Shown in pieces: positions 46,894-56,319 of a stretch of 64,000 bases of DNA (the first letter of the stretch is position 1; each line of letters begins with the position of its first letter). The notes beneath the pieces are model-generated. The model saw nothing but the letters and a program-made list of their open reading frames with translations, was not told the origin of the DNA and searched no databases. The stretch covers positions 1,152,001 through 1,216,000 of the forward strand of contig BK006938.2 in NCBI GenBank assembly GCA_000146045.2, in the 5' to 3' direction. Origin of the DNA: TPA_inf: Saccharomyces. Its lineage: Eukaryota. The position numbers and the translations under genes are program-made.

Positions 46894-46906
46894 GGTTTTC
46901 GAACCG
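46894..46906 (-). promoter_or_regulatory. B-box-like TFIIIC binding site (ETC-type) in the TFC6 promoter, about 200 bp upstream of the ATG.
   Basis: The minus strand reads CGGTTCGAAAACC. It matches the GGTTCGA core of the B-box consensus GGTTCGANTCC, and no tRNA gene is present. TFIIIC binding at the TFC6 promoter (ETC6) is established knowledge. Confidence 0.6.
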
Positions 46907-47182
46907 CAGCTTTCCGGGTGATACTGAATCCCTTCTATTTCCTTACAGAAGACAGCAAATTTTATTGTAGCATATAAGAAAAGAAATGACAGGCAGAGGA
47001 GGGACCAGCATGCCTATGAATTCCCAATACCATATATCACTTTGACAGCGTATATCGCAATTGAAATAGAACAACTTTTCATTATTACTTCAGAATTCAT
47101 TTTAAAGTGATTGCGAACACGGATTATAGCCCTGAACAATAAAAGGCAAGAGAAAAAATCATTTGTTTTAGGCTGTTAACAG

Positions 47183-48553
47183 ATGACCGGTGATTCCAGA
47201 AGCATCAGCGAACCCTCAATTAATCTAGATCCAGATAATACAAGTTTTTCTGATGAAAACAGCGATGACTTCTTTATGGACAATTCCTATGATATAGATG
47301 AAATCGATCATAGCGATGAAAGTAATAGGCAAAGTGTCATAGTTGACTCTAAAGTCACGGTACCGCCATCAAAGCATTCAACTCTAACATTATCTGATAG
47401 TGAAGATAGCGACGCAAAGGAACAACATCAGTCCCTGAGCAGATCATCTAGTAAAAATGTAAATATAGAAGATATTACGGAGCCCAAGCCAGACAAACCA
47501 TCGGGTCGAACTAGAGGAAGATCTGTGATGAAAGAGTCTGTAGTTGAAATAAACTCATCTGAATCTGACTTAGACGAAGACAAAAATTTTCCCAGATCTA
47601 GGTCAAGGTCCAGGTCAAGCATAAGATCAATATCTCCAGCGGGAAAATACAAGCGACAGAAAAGTTCATTACTGTATACCTATGATGAAAACGATGACTT
47701 TTTCAAGGAACTTGCTAAAGAAGCCAAAAAAAGCACCACTATTTCTAAAGAATCGACACCCGACCAGCGGAAGCGAGTTTATAACATCAAATTTCTCTCT
47801 AAGCTAGAAGGAACTATAAATAAAGCGGTCCAAGTGAAGGTCCTCGGAAAATACGAATTTTCAAAAATACTTCCTGCTGCTTTGGACGGATTGATGAAGT
47901 CCTATAAAATTCCGAAGGTAATGAAAGATATATACAAGGTAGAGAATGTTACTCTTTATTGGAACAATGCAAAATTACTCACTTTTATGACTTGTAATTC
48001 GCTACATATCCCACAGGATTTTGAAAATGAAGTCTCTGATATCGATGTTACTATCGTATCCAAAGAATACGAAAAGAACTTTGAAGCGACACTGGAATCA
48101 AAGTTAAAGGAAGAAGAAGCTGCTTTACTCATAAAAGAACGTCAGGAGATGGAAAGGAAGTTAGAGAAAAAGAGAAATGAACAAGAAGAGTCCGAATATC
48201 GCGAGTTTGAATCCGAATTAAAAAACGTAGAAGAAACACAAGAAATAAAAGAAAATGATACAGTTATGAATACAAAACTTCTGCAAGAGGGTGGCTCTTT
48301 GTCAGGAAATAGTAGTAGCATGGAAGAAGTTATGAGAATCGCTCTCATGGGTCAAGATAACAAAAAAATCTATGTCCATGTTAGGCGTTCAACACCATTT
48401 TCTAAAATTGCCGAATATTACAGAATCCAGAAACAGTTACCACAAAAGACGAGGGTTAAATTACTTTTTGATCATGATGAATTGGACATGAATGAGTGTA
48501 TAGCCGATCAGGATATGGAAGATGAAGACATGGTTGATGTCATTATTGATTGA
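47183..48553 (+). CDS. ESC2: Protein with tandem C-terminal SUMO-like domains, involved in genome stability and silencing, 456 aa.
   Basis: Complete 456 aa ORF with an acidic/Ser-rich N-terminus and two ubiquitin-like-fold-sized C-terminal blocks. Confidence 0.8.
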   Translation: MTGDSRSISEPSINLDPDNTSFSDENSDDFFMDNSYDIDEIDHSDESNRQSVIVDSKVTVPPSKHSTLTLSDSEDSDAKEQHQSLSRSSSKNVNIEDITEPKPDKPSGRTRGRSVMKESVVEINSSESDLDEDKNFPRSRSRSRSSIRSISPAGKYKRQKSSLLYTYDENDDFFKELAKEAKKSTTISKESTPDQRKRVYNIKFLSKLEGTINKAVQVKVLGKYEFSKILPAALDGLMKSYKIPKVMKDIYKVENVTLYWNNAKLLTFMTCNSLHIPQDFENEVSDIDVTIVSKEYEKNFEATLESKLKEEEAALLIKERQEMERKLEKKRNEQEESEYREFESELKNVEETQEIKENDTVMNTKLLQEGGSLSGNSSSMEEVMRIALMGQDNKKIYVHVRRSTPFSKIAEYYRIQKQLPQKTRVKLLFDHDELDMNECIADQDMEDEDMVDVIID

Positions 48554-49456
48554 GCGCAATTTGCTAAAAAAGGCCGAACTCCGGCTCTTTACGTGCCACA
48601 ATTATTATTTACTATGGGCGGCGGGTGTGTTGGTGGTGCTTGCGGTACTTGTAAAATATTTTCTGAATATAATTGAATAAGACCTTTTGTGTTTAAATCA
48701 TACTCGGGTAATTCTCTGTTCAAAAAGTAGGTGCTGACCCTCTTCTACCTTCCGTGAAATATTATAAAGGAATTTTTCCATCTCTAACTCAACATGTTAA
48801 CGCTTTTCTATAAAAATTTGATCGCCTAATGAATACAAAAATCTCTTCAGCTTTTTCGTGCTAGGTTTGAATAGTACATCTAACGTAGAACAACTATCAA
48901 AACAATTTGATATTTCCTCGGCTATAGTTTTCTTGGAACAAGAGGTAAACTACTTCTCTATTGTTGCTACAGCAGTCAATTAAAATAATTCGTTTCATCA
49001 TAATATTATGATATCAACGCTAAAAGGTTGTATAAATTACGAGATCAGCAGAAAATAAAATTCAAGCCATCATCCTTTAAGGTGATTTGAAGGGCAAGAA
49101 TTGGTAGTGTAACTGCATCAATGAGTGATTAGGTGAAAACGAAGAAAAATAATAAATATGGTACTGTGCAGAATTGTTGATTTTCTTTTTTGAACTCTAA
49201 ACCATCAAGAATGGCTTTCACCCACTATTGTTACACATAGTACTATTACTTACACCAAGATGGGATCCGACAAATATCTCAACACTATATTGGTCTACAT
49301 GCTTTATCGATTGCTCCTTATTTACGTATTTCTATAAATAGGGCGTACTTTACCAACAGTGATCATGGATGCAAAAAATGTGAATACATTTATATGGAAA
49401 AAAGGTTTATATCAATATATTTTAAAGTGATTGAAAATTACTGATGTGTTTGATAT

Positions 49457-49666
49457 TGTTGGAATAAGAATCAACCATCATATACCCGACTAACGTTCAT
49501 ATTATTAGTAAACTATCATATACAACCTAAGAAGTTGACATAAAGATTGACAAGCAGTTACCATTTTTAGTAGAAGTTGAAAAGCAAGAATTGATAACCA
49601 AATATTGTTTTCCAACAATGCAATCCCAACCCTATCTCAATATTCATAGAATTCACTTATTTCTCA
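49457..49666 (+). repeat. Diverged, internally shortened delta LTR (210 bp) about 85 bp upstream of tRNA-Lys.
   Basis: TGTTGGAATAAGAATCAACCATCATATAC...CACTTATTTCTCA termini; too short for a full 334 bp delta. Confidence 0.7.
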
Positions 49667-49749
49667 GTTTAATACATGATGATGCATCTTGATATTGAGA
49701 AATTATATGTATTATCCCTTTTTAACCTTTAAAAGGTCACAAATAAATA

Positions 49750-49822
49750 GCCTTGTTGGCGCAATCGGTAGCGCGTATGACTCTTAATCATAAGGTTAGG
49801 GGTTCGAGCCCCCTACAGGGCT
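49750..49822 (+). tRNA. tRNA-Lys, anticodon CTT, 73 nt.
   Basis: GCCTTGTTGGCGCAATCGGTAGCGCGTATGACTCTTAATCATAAGGTTAGGGGTTCGAGCCCCCTACAGGGCT. The anticodon loop CTCTTAA gives CTT. B box is GGTTCGAGCCC. Confidence 0.95.
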
Positions 49823-49847
49823 AATAACACATTCAAAATGTTATAAA

Positions 49848-49855
49848 TTTTTTTT
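49848..49855 (+). terminator. Pol III terminator T8 run 26 nt downstream of tRNA-Lys.
   Basis: TTTTTTTT; first T-run after the gene. Confidence 0.6.
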
Positions 49856-50127
49856 CGGGTTTGTGTTTAAAACTAACCTTCTAAAGAAAACAATAAAAAT
49901 TATATCAACATTTCCTCATGTCTTTGTAACCTACTAGTAGGGATTTTGAAGGGCTGAAAGCTTCTTAGTTCTGTCGGATCCATTATATTATCATTATTTA
50001 CGAAACTAGTGCTATGGGTGGCGAACGTGGTGGGCGTTACCTTTTAAAGTCCTAATGGAAACCTACCTATGCATAAAGTGAATAGAGTGGCAATAAAAGT
50101 CGAATAATAGTACAAATACGCAAAAAT

Positions 50128-50397
50128 ATGAGTACGGACGTTGCTGCTGCACAAGCCCAAAGTAAAATAGATTTAACAAAAAAAAAAAATGAGGAAATAA
50201 ATAAGAAGTCTCTAGAGGAAGACGATGAATTTGAAGATTTCCCCATTGACACATGGGCCAATGGTGAAACAATAAAAAGCAATGCTGTAACGCAAACAAA
50301 CATATGGGAAGAAAACTGGGATGATGTTGAAGTTGACGACGATTTCACCAATGAATTGAAGGCCGAATTGGATAGATACAAACGGGAAAATCAGTGA
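50128..50397 (+). CDS. SEM1: 26S proteasome lid subunit, DSS1 homolog, 89 aa.
   Basis: MSTDVAAAQAQSKIDLTKKKNEEINKKSLEEDDEFEDFPIDTWANGETIKSNAVTQTNIWEENWDDVEVDDDFTNELKAELDRYKRENQ is a small acidic protein with conserved DxW/EENWDD motifs. Confidence 0.9.
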   Translation: MSTDVAAAQAQSKIDLTKKKNEEINKKSLEEDDEFEDFPIDTWANGETIKSNAVTQTNIWEENWDDVEVDDDFTNELKAELDRYKRENQ

Positions 50398-50842
50398 GGG
50401 GCTACATAACATTATTTCTAAATAACGCAAAAGGAAATTATACGTCTAATGTTACTTTAGTACATTGTTGTCATACTAGTATATTTTGCTTAGATGATAA
50501 AATAAATAATAAAAAGAGATACGAAAGGCTATGCGGTAGTCGATTATATGGCCTTGTAGTATAATAATGATGCACGCAAAGTATTAAATAACTCAGCTGA
50601 GATTTCTCATTTCTTTAAATGCAGTCTCAGTTTAAAAAATTAACTATATTAAGATCCGCTCTTTCTACCATATGATGCAAATGTGTCCTCGAACTAGTAC
50701 TTGCAATTTCAGGTAACCCCAATCGTTTCTTTATTATTGTCATTTTTACTATCATAATAATATCATCCGTAATAACAATTAAGTAACAAATCACATCCAT
50801 GTAACCATTTAATTTGTTTCAAGTAACATTCCGAGTGAATAG

Positions 50843-52210
50843 CTAGTCACATACATATATCTTACCTGCCGCTCCGCTGCAAATGACTTTACTTGTTTCT
50901 TGAGGATGCCAGTCCACTTGAGTTATAGGCTTGTTGCCTGGAATCTTGATGTTATTTAATAAGCGCGACGTATTCCAATCCCAAGTAAATAGTCTGCTTT
51001 TTGAATCGCCTGAACATATGTAACGACCATCACCAGAAAAAGCCAAGCTTATCCCATAACCAGCAGATGAATGCCCTTTAAATATCTTTTTTGGATGCCT
51101 CTTATATTTGGGTTTCAAACTGAAAGAATATATTCTATTATCCATGCTTTGTGCACAGAAATAGTTCTGAGACGGATGTACATTTAAAAATGGCATAGAA
51201 TGTTGAGCCGTGTCACTTATTTGTTTTATTGGTACATTGATCTGATTTTCCCAAATTCTTACCGTCTTATCCTCTGAAGAAGAAATAAACTTCGAACCAT
51301 CGGGAAAATACTTGAGAGCCAGAATGCTACTTAGGTGATGATCATATGTCTGCACAAGACCTTGATTTTCTGAAACACGATCATCATAATGTAATATTTT
51401 CGAATTCGATAAACCTACAATGAACTCATGTGGGTTAGTGGGCCGAGATTCAACATCTGCAGGCGTTGAATTAAGGTGCAACCTGGTTTTCACTTTACCA
51501 GTTTCAGTATCCCAAATTTTAACGCTTCTATCAAAGGAAGAGCTCAAAAAAGATTGACAGTCTTCGGTGAATCGTAATGCTTTAATAGGCTTGTTATGAC
51601 CTTGAAAATCTCGTAGGCATTCATAGTCATGGTAGAAATCCCAAATTTTTATAGTATGATCATTACCACCAGAGAGAATTAAGTGTCCAGTTTTAGGTAA
51701 GAATTTCAGGGCAGTGGTTCCTTCTGGATGCCCCGGATAATTACGTATAACTTTTTTTGGTAAGTAACACCGAAAGGATATCCTTTCCTCACGAAGATCA
51801 ACATCGACGTCATTTGGTGGATATAAATATCCTCTGCCTTGATAGTCCTTTTCTGATTTACCATAAAAATGGGAGACTTCCTCTACCTCTATCTGTTCCG
51901 AATCTAGGTTGTCCTCAGCCAGCGCGTGCACGAAGATATCCTGATCTTCTTTCTGAGTTTCGCTGGCTTGTGAAGTTTCATCGTCACTACTTGACCAACT
52001 GCCCCACGGCCCATCTCCTTTGCGAGTTTTCCGTCTTCTTTTTAGTTCTGACTTTGTAAAATGTGATTTTCTCTTATGAATATTATTTGAAGAAGGTTCA
52101 TACGAAGTATCTTCATGCAAATTACCATTTTTCTTTTCATGAACAGATTTGCCTTCGTCGAAGTTCAAATCAGAGTCTGAGCTTGTGTCATAACCGTCTA
52201 CTAAACCCAT
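50843..52210 (-). CDS. CDC40: Pre-mRNA splicing factor Prp17, WD40 protein, 455 aa.
   Basis: Complete 455 aa ORF. The C-terminal two thirds are WD repeats (GH...WD dipeptides: IKIWDF, VKIWDT, VRIWEN). Confidence 0.85.
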   Translation of the reverse strand: MGLVDGYDTSSDSDLNFDEGKSVHEKKNGNLHEDTSYEPSSNNIHKRKSHFTKSELKRRRKTRKGDGPWGSWSSSDDETSQASETQKEDQDIFVHALAEDNLDSEQIEVEEVSHFYGKSEKDYQGRGYLYPPNDVDVDLREERISFRCYLPKKVIRNYPGHPEGTTALKFLPKTGHLILSGGNDHTIKIWDFYHDYECLRDFQGHNKPIKALRFTEDCQSFLSSSFDRSVKIWDTETGKVKTRLHLNSTPADVESRPTNPHEFIVGLSNSKILHYDDRVSENQGLVQTYDHHLSSILALKYFPDGSKFISSSEDKTVRIWENQINVPIKQISDTAQHSMPFLNVHPSQNYFCAQSMDNRIYSFSLKPKYKRHPKKIFKGHSSAGYGISLAFSGDGRYICSGDSKSRLFTWDWNTSRLLNNIKIPGNKPITQVDWHPQETSKVICSGAAGKIYVCD

Positions 52211-52496
52211 TTCATCTGCTCTTCAAAGTACATGCCGTGTTTGTTGCACTATTTGGCCAAAAATAAAGGAAAAATTTCAAGATTTTTTTTTTACCTCATC
52301 TCTAGCAAGGACACAGTACTCCCTCGTAAATAAGACAAAATACAAAAAAGAAAATTCAAAGAAATGGTATTACAAGAACCGGTCAGAGAAACATTACGAT
52401 AATTGATATCAACTACAAATCCAATGATGCATTCTTTATAATTGTACATATCTATTTGTATTCAAGTTTCATTTAAATACTATTTCATTGACTGCT

Positions 52497-54383
52497 TTAA
52501 ACCTTTACCTTCTTGGATGATTTGCTTTTCTTTTTCAACTTGTTTACCAAGTTACCAATATCTTCATTATCATCTGCGTTATTGGTCATATTGTTTTCAC
52601 TACCGCCAAGTTTTCTTTTCTTATTCTTAACACGTTTACTACGTTCTTTTAGGATTTTACTCATAGCTTGTGTACCTTTGAATTCAGGCTGGGTCGGGTC
52701 GATAGCAAAATCGTGATCTTCGAAGACTTCTTTAAATCTAGGATCTTCTAAATCAGGTGTAAAGGTGTCTTCAACAATTCTCTCTTTCTTTTGATACCGG
52801 CCTTTCTTGTGTTTTTCTTTTTCTGATCTTAAGATTTCGTTCATGTTGAAATGTGCTTTGTTATTTATTGTGCCCTGAGTTTCGGTATCATCATCATCAT
52901 CCATTAAAAGCTCCAATTCAGCCTTTGATTTGGCATTCTTTTCGATCTCCTCTTCATCGTTAGTATGCTTTTTATTAACAGATTTCAACTTGCTTTTCTT
53001 ATCCTTCTCCGACTGCTGTTTCAATTCCTTTACTTTCTGCTTTCTTGCTTTACGACGTTCCTTCTCTTTTCTTCTTATTTTCTCTATAGTCGTTTCTTCT
53101 TTGTCTTCCGACGATTTCTCGTTTCCTCCTTCCAAGGCTGGAGTAAATGTAATTTCCATATCAACTTCTTCATCTTCATCGTTAGGGGTTTCTTTCTTGG
53201 AATTAAACCCAAAGTCACCAACCAACGACTTTAGTTTATTTTTCGCCTCTTCATCGACCTGCCCATCCGATTCATCACTATCTGACGCCAAGTAAGCCTT
53301 AAAGTCCATATCATCAATTTCCTTTTGGGTAAAGGCCCTCTTAGCAACTTCGACCCTATCAGCTGGCGTTTCATCCCAGGTCAATTTGACGCTTGAATGT
53401 TGTAGAGCATCTGTGCTAAACTGGTGTGGCCTATAGTTCTTAGGCAATATACTGCATTCATCTCTTACATCATCATCAAAAGTCATACCATCAGGAACAT
53501 ACCTTAAATCGAACATATTAGCGGTTGACTCATATTCGGTACCATCACAGTTATCATAGATAGCTTTGGAGGTGGTTGTATCACTACAATAAACTATTGC
53601 GTAATAATATCTTAATCTGTCCAACTGGTATTGACGTAAAGCTCTGGAATCCACGTCCTTGTCAGCATCTCCCTCTTCATAAAGATCCTTAATACCGATG
53701 TCCATATCAGAATCAGAGTCATCAGTTTTCTTCTTTTTGGAGGTTTTGTTCTTATTTTTCTTTTGGAAAAGTTCCTTTGGAGGTCCTTCAACTTCCTCGC
53801 GTTGCATTCTTTCTTTACCAAATTCACTTGGATAAATAGCAACTCTTTCAATTTTACCACCTTTAGGAACGAAACTGGAAAAGGTAATCATCAAATCCTC
53901 AGATTTAACATGGTCCCAATCTAAATTTACGACGGCCAAATTCTTAGAGATGTCACCAGATTCTGGTTTGGCATTTTCAATTTCTACTTCATTTTCTTCT
54001 TCGCTTTCAACTTCACTTTCTCCGGACGATTCAGAATCAGAAGAAGTGAATTCATCAGAAGAGCTAACATAATCATCAGGAACTTCACCACGGGCACGGT
54101 CCACTACTGTTTTCGCATTAACTTCTGAATCTTCATCATTTTCTGCTTCCTTTTCGAAATATTTGTCGAAATCTTCCAATTCCCTGTTATTCTGCGCATT
54201 TTTGATCTTTCTACCATACTTGTCAACCTTAGATTTATGCTGGACCTCCAGATCCTTCTTACTGAACCTAGAATCTAACTTGATCTTATGATCTTTGGTT
54301 TTCGTGTTCTTAAATTTAGGATCGCTGTAGATCCCGGCAAACCTAGCATCTACACCTTCCTTCTTTGGGTTCTCTCCAGCCAT
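52497..54383 (-). CDS. ESF1: Nucleolar pre-rRNA processing protein, 628 aa, highly charged.
   Basis: ORF-track ORF is 634 aa. A start at MAGENPKKEG gives 628 aa. It has long acidic and basic low-complexity stretches typical of ESF1. Confidence 0.8.
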   Translation of the reverse strand: MAGENPKKEGVDARFAGIYSDPKFKNTKTKDHKIKLDSRFSKKDLEVQHKSKVDKYGRKIKNAQNNRELEDFDKYFEKEAENDEDSEVNAKTVVDRARGEVPDDYVSSSDEFTSSDSESSGESEVESEEENEVEIENAKPESGDISKNLAVVNLDWDHVKSEDLMITFSSFVPKGGKIERVAIYPSEFGKERMQREEVEGPPKELFQKKNKNKTSKKKKTDDSDSDMDIGIKDLYEEGDADKDVDSRALRQYQLDRLRYYYAIVYCSDTTTSKAIYDNCDGTEYESTANMFDLRYVPDGMTFDDDVRDECSILPKNYRPHQFSTDALQHSSVKLTWDETPADRVEVAKRAFTQKEIDDMDFKAYLASDSDESDGQVDEEAKNKLKSLVGDFGFNSKKETPNDEDEEVDMEITFTPALEGGNEKSSEDKEETTIEKIRRKEKERRKARKQKVKELKQQSEKDKKSKLKSVNKKHTNDEEEIEKNAKSKAELELLMDDDDDTETQGTINNKAHFNMNEILRSEKEKHKKGRYQKKERIVEDTFTPDLEDPRFKEVFEDHDFAIDPTQPEFKGTQAMSKILKERSKRVKNKKRKLGGSENNMTNNADDNEDIGNLVNKLKKKSKSSKKVKV

Positions 54384-54698
54384 CTTCAATTTTTCTTGCA
54401 ACCTTATACGATCCGCTGAAATGTCTTGAAAAATATTCCGGACCCACAGTTATGTGATATTTATTATTTGTACCATTATGCTAATGATGAATTTGAGATG
54501 AGATGAGATGAAATTTTTTCTGTAACTGAAAAATTTCGGAACGTCAATAATGATCGGTAGCCTCATCTGGGATATTTGGCCCGGCTCATATTGCTAATCT
54601 TTGGATATAGGGCTATTAGCAGATTTCAATCGTCCTCTCTTGGCATAGTAGACACAGAGTTGTATTTGCGCTTCTGAGCGATGCTTCCGAGATTGTTG

Positions 54699-54703
54699 AA
54701 GCA
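54699..54703. repeat. Ty1 target-site duplication AAGCA, left copy.
   Basis: The same 5 bp immediately follows the 3' LTR at 60622-60626. Confidence 0.85.
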
Positions 54704-55037
54704 TGTTGGAATAGAAATCAACTATCATCTACTAACTAGTATTTACATTACTAGTATATTATCATATACGGTGTTAGAAGATGACGCAAATGATGAGAAA
54801 TAGTCATCTAAATTAGTGGAAGCTGAAACGCAAGGATTGATAATGTAATAGGATCAATGAATATAAACATATAAAATGATGATAATAATATTTATAGAAT
54901 TGTGTAGAATTGCAGATTCCCTTTTATGGATTCCTAAATCCTTGAGGAGAACTTCTAGTATATTCTGTATACCTAATATTATAGCCTTTATCAACAATGG
55001 AATCCCAACAATTATCTCAACATTCACCCATTTCTCA
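54704..55037 (+). repeat. Ty1 5' LTR (delta), 334 bp.
   Basis: TGTTGGAATAGAAATCAAC...CATTCACCCATTTCTCA. Confidence 0.95.
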
Positions 55038-56319
55038 TGGTAGCGCCTGTGCTTCGGTTACTTCTAAGGAAGTCCACACAAATCAAGATCCGTTAGACGT
55101 TTCAGCTTCCAAAACAGAAGAATGTGAGAAGGCTTCCACTAAGGCTAACTCTCAACAGACAACAACACCTGCTTCATCAGCTGTTCCAGAGAACCCCCAT
55201 CATGCCTCTCCTCAACCTGCTTCAGTACCACCTCCACAGAATGGGCCGTACCCACAGCAGTGCATGATGACCCAAAACCAAGCCAATCCATCTGGTTGGT
55301 CATTTTACGGACACCCATCTATGATTCCGTATACACCTTATCAAATGTCGCCTATGTACTTTCCACCTGGGCCACAATCACAGTTTCCGCAGTATCCATC
55401 ATCAGTTGGAACGCCTCTGAGCACTCCATCACCTGAGTCAGGTAATACATTTACTGATTCATCCTCAGCGGACTCTGATATGACATCCACTAAAAAATAT
55501 GTCAGACCACCACCAATGTTAACCTCACCTAATGACTTTCCAAATTGGGTTAAAACATACATCAAATTTTTACAAAACTCGAATCTCGGTGGTATTATTC
55601 CGACAGTAAACGGAAAACCCGTACGTCAGATCACTGATGATGAACTCACCTTCTTGTATAACACTTTTCAAATATTTGCTCCCTCTCAATTCCTACCTAC
55701 CTGGGTCAAAGACATCCTATCCGTTGATTATACGGATATCATGAAAATTCTTTCCAAAAGTATTGAAAAAATGCAATCTGATACCCAAGAGGCAAACGAC
55801 ATTGTGACCCTGGCAAATTTGCAATATAATGGCAGTACACCTGCAGATGCATTTGAAACAAAAGTCACAAACATTATCGACAGACTGAACAATAATGGCA
55901 TTCATATCAATAACAAGGTCGCATGCCAATTAATTATGAGAGGTCTATCTGGCGAATATAAATTTTTACGCTACACACGTCATCGACATCTAAATATGAC
56001 AGTCGCTGAACTGTTCTTAGATATCCATGCTATTTATGAAGAACAACAGGGATCGAGAAACAGCAAACCTAATTACAGGAGAAATCTGAGTGATGAGAAG
56101 AATGATTCTCGCAGCTATACGAATACAACCAAACCCAAAGTTATAGCTCGGAATCCTCAAAAAACAAATAATTCGAAATCGAAAACAGCCAGGGCTCACA
56201 ATGTATCCACATCTAATAACTCTCCCAGCACGGACAACGATTCCATCAGTAAATCAACTACTGAACCGATTCAATTGAACAATAAGCACGACCTTCACCT
56301 TAGGCCAGGAACTTACTGA
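54997..56319 (+). CDS. TYA: Ty1 TYA (Gag) ORF, 440 aa.
   Basis: Starts inside the 5' LTR ([17 protein letters not shown]...). Q/P-rich N-terminus with a Gag-like core. Confidence 0.95.
55038..55047 (+). other. Ty1 minus-strand primer-binding site.
   Basis: TGGTAGCGCC directly 3' of the 5' LTR, complementary to the 3' end of initiator tRNA-Met. Confidence 0.85.
56299..56305 (+). promoter_or_regulatory. Ty1 +1 programmed ribosomal frameshift heptamer CTT-AGG-C.
   Basis: CTTAGGC is in the TYA reading frame (Leu435-Arg436) 14 nt before the TYA stop. The +1 frame continues into TYB. Confidence 0.9.

Noticed and set aside
48701-48711. Reb1-like CGGGTAA motif (7/8) downstream of ESC2
   Set aside because: Single imperfect match in a 3' region; not enough to call a site.
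54495-54511. (GAGAT/GATGA)3 microsatellite upstream of ESF1
   Set aside because: Only three units; too short to be meaningful.
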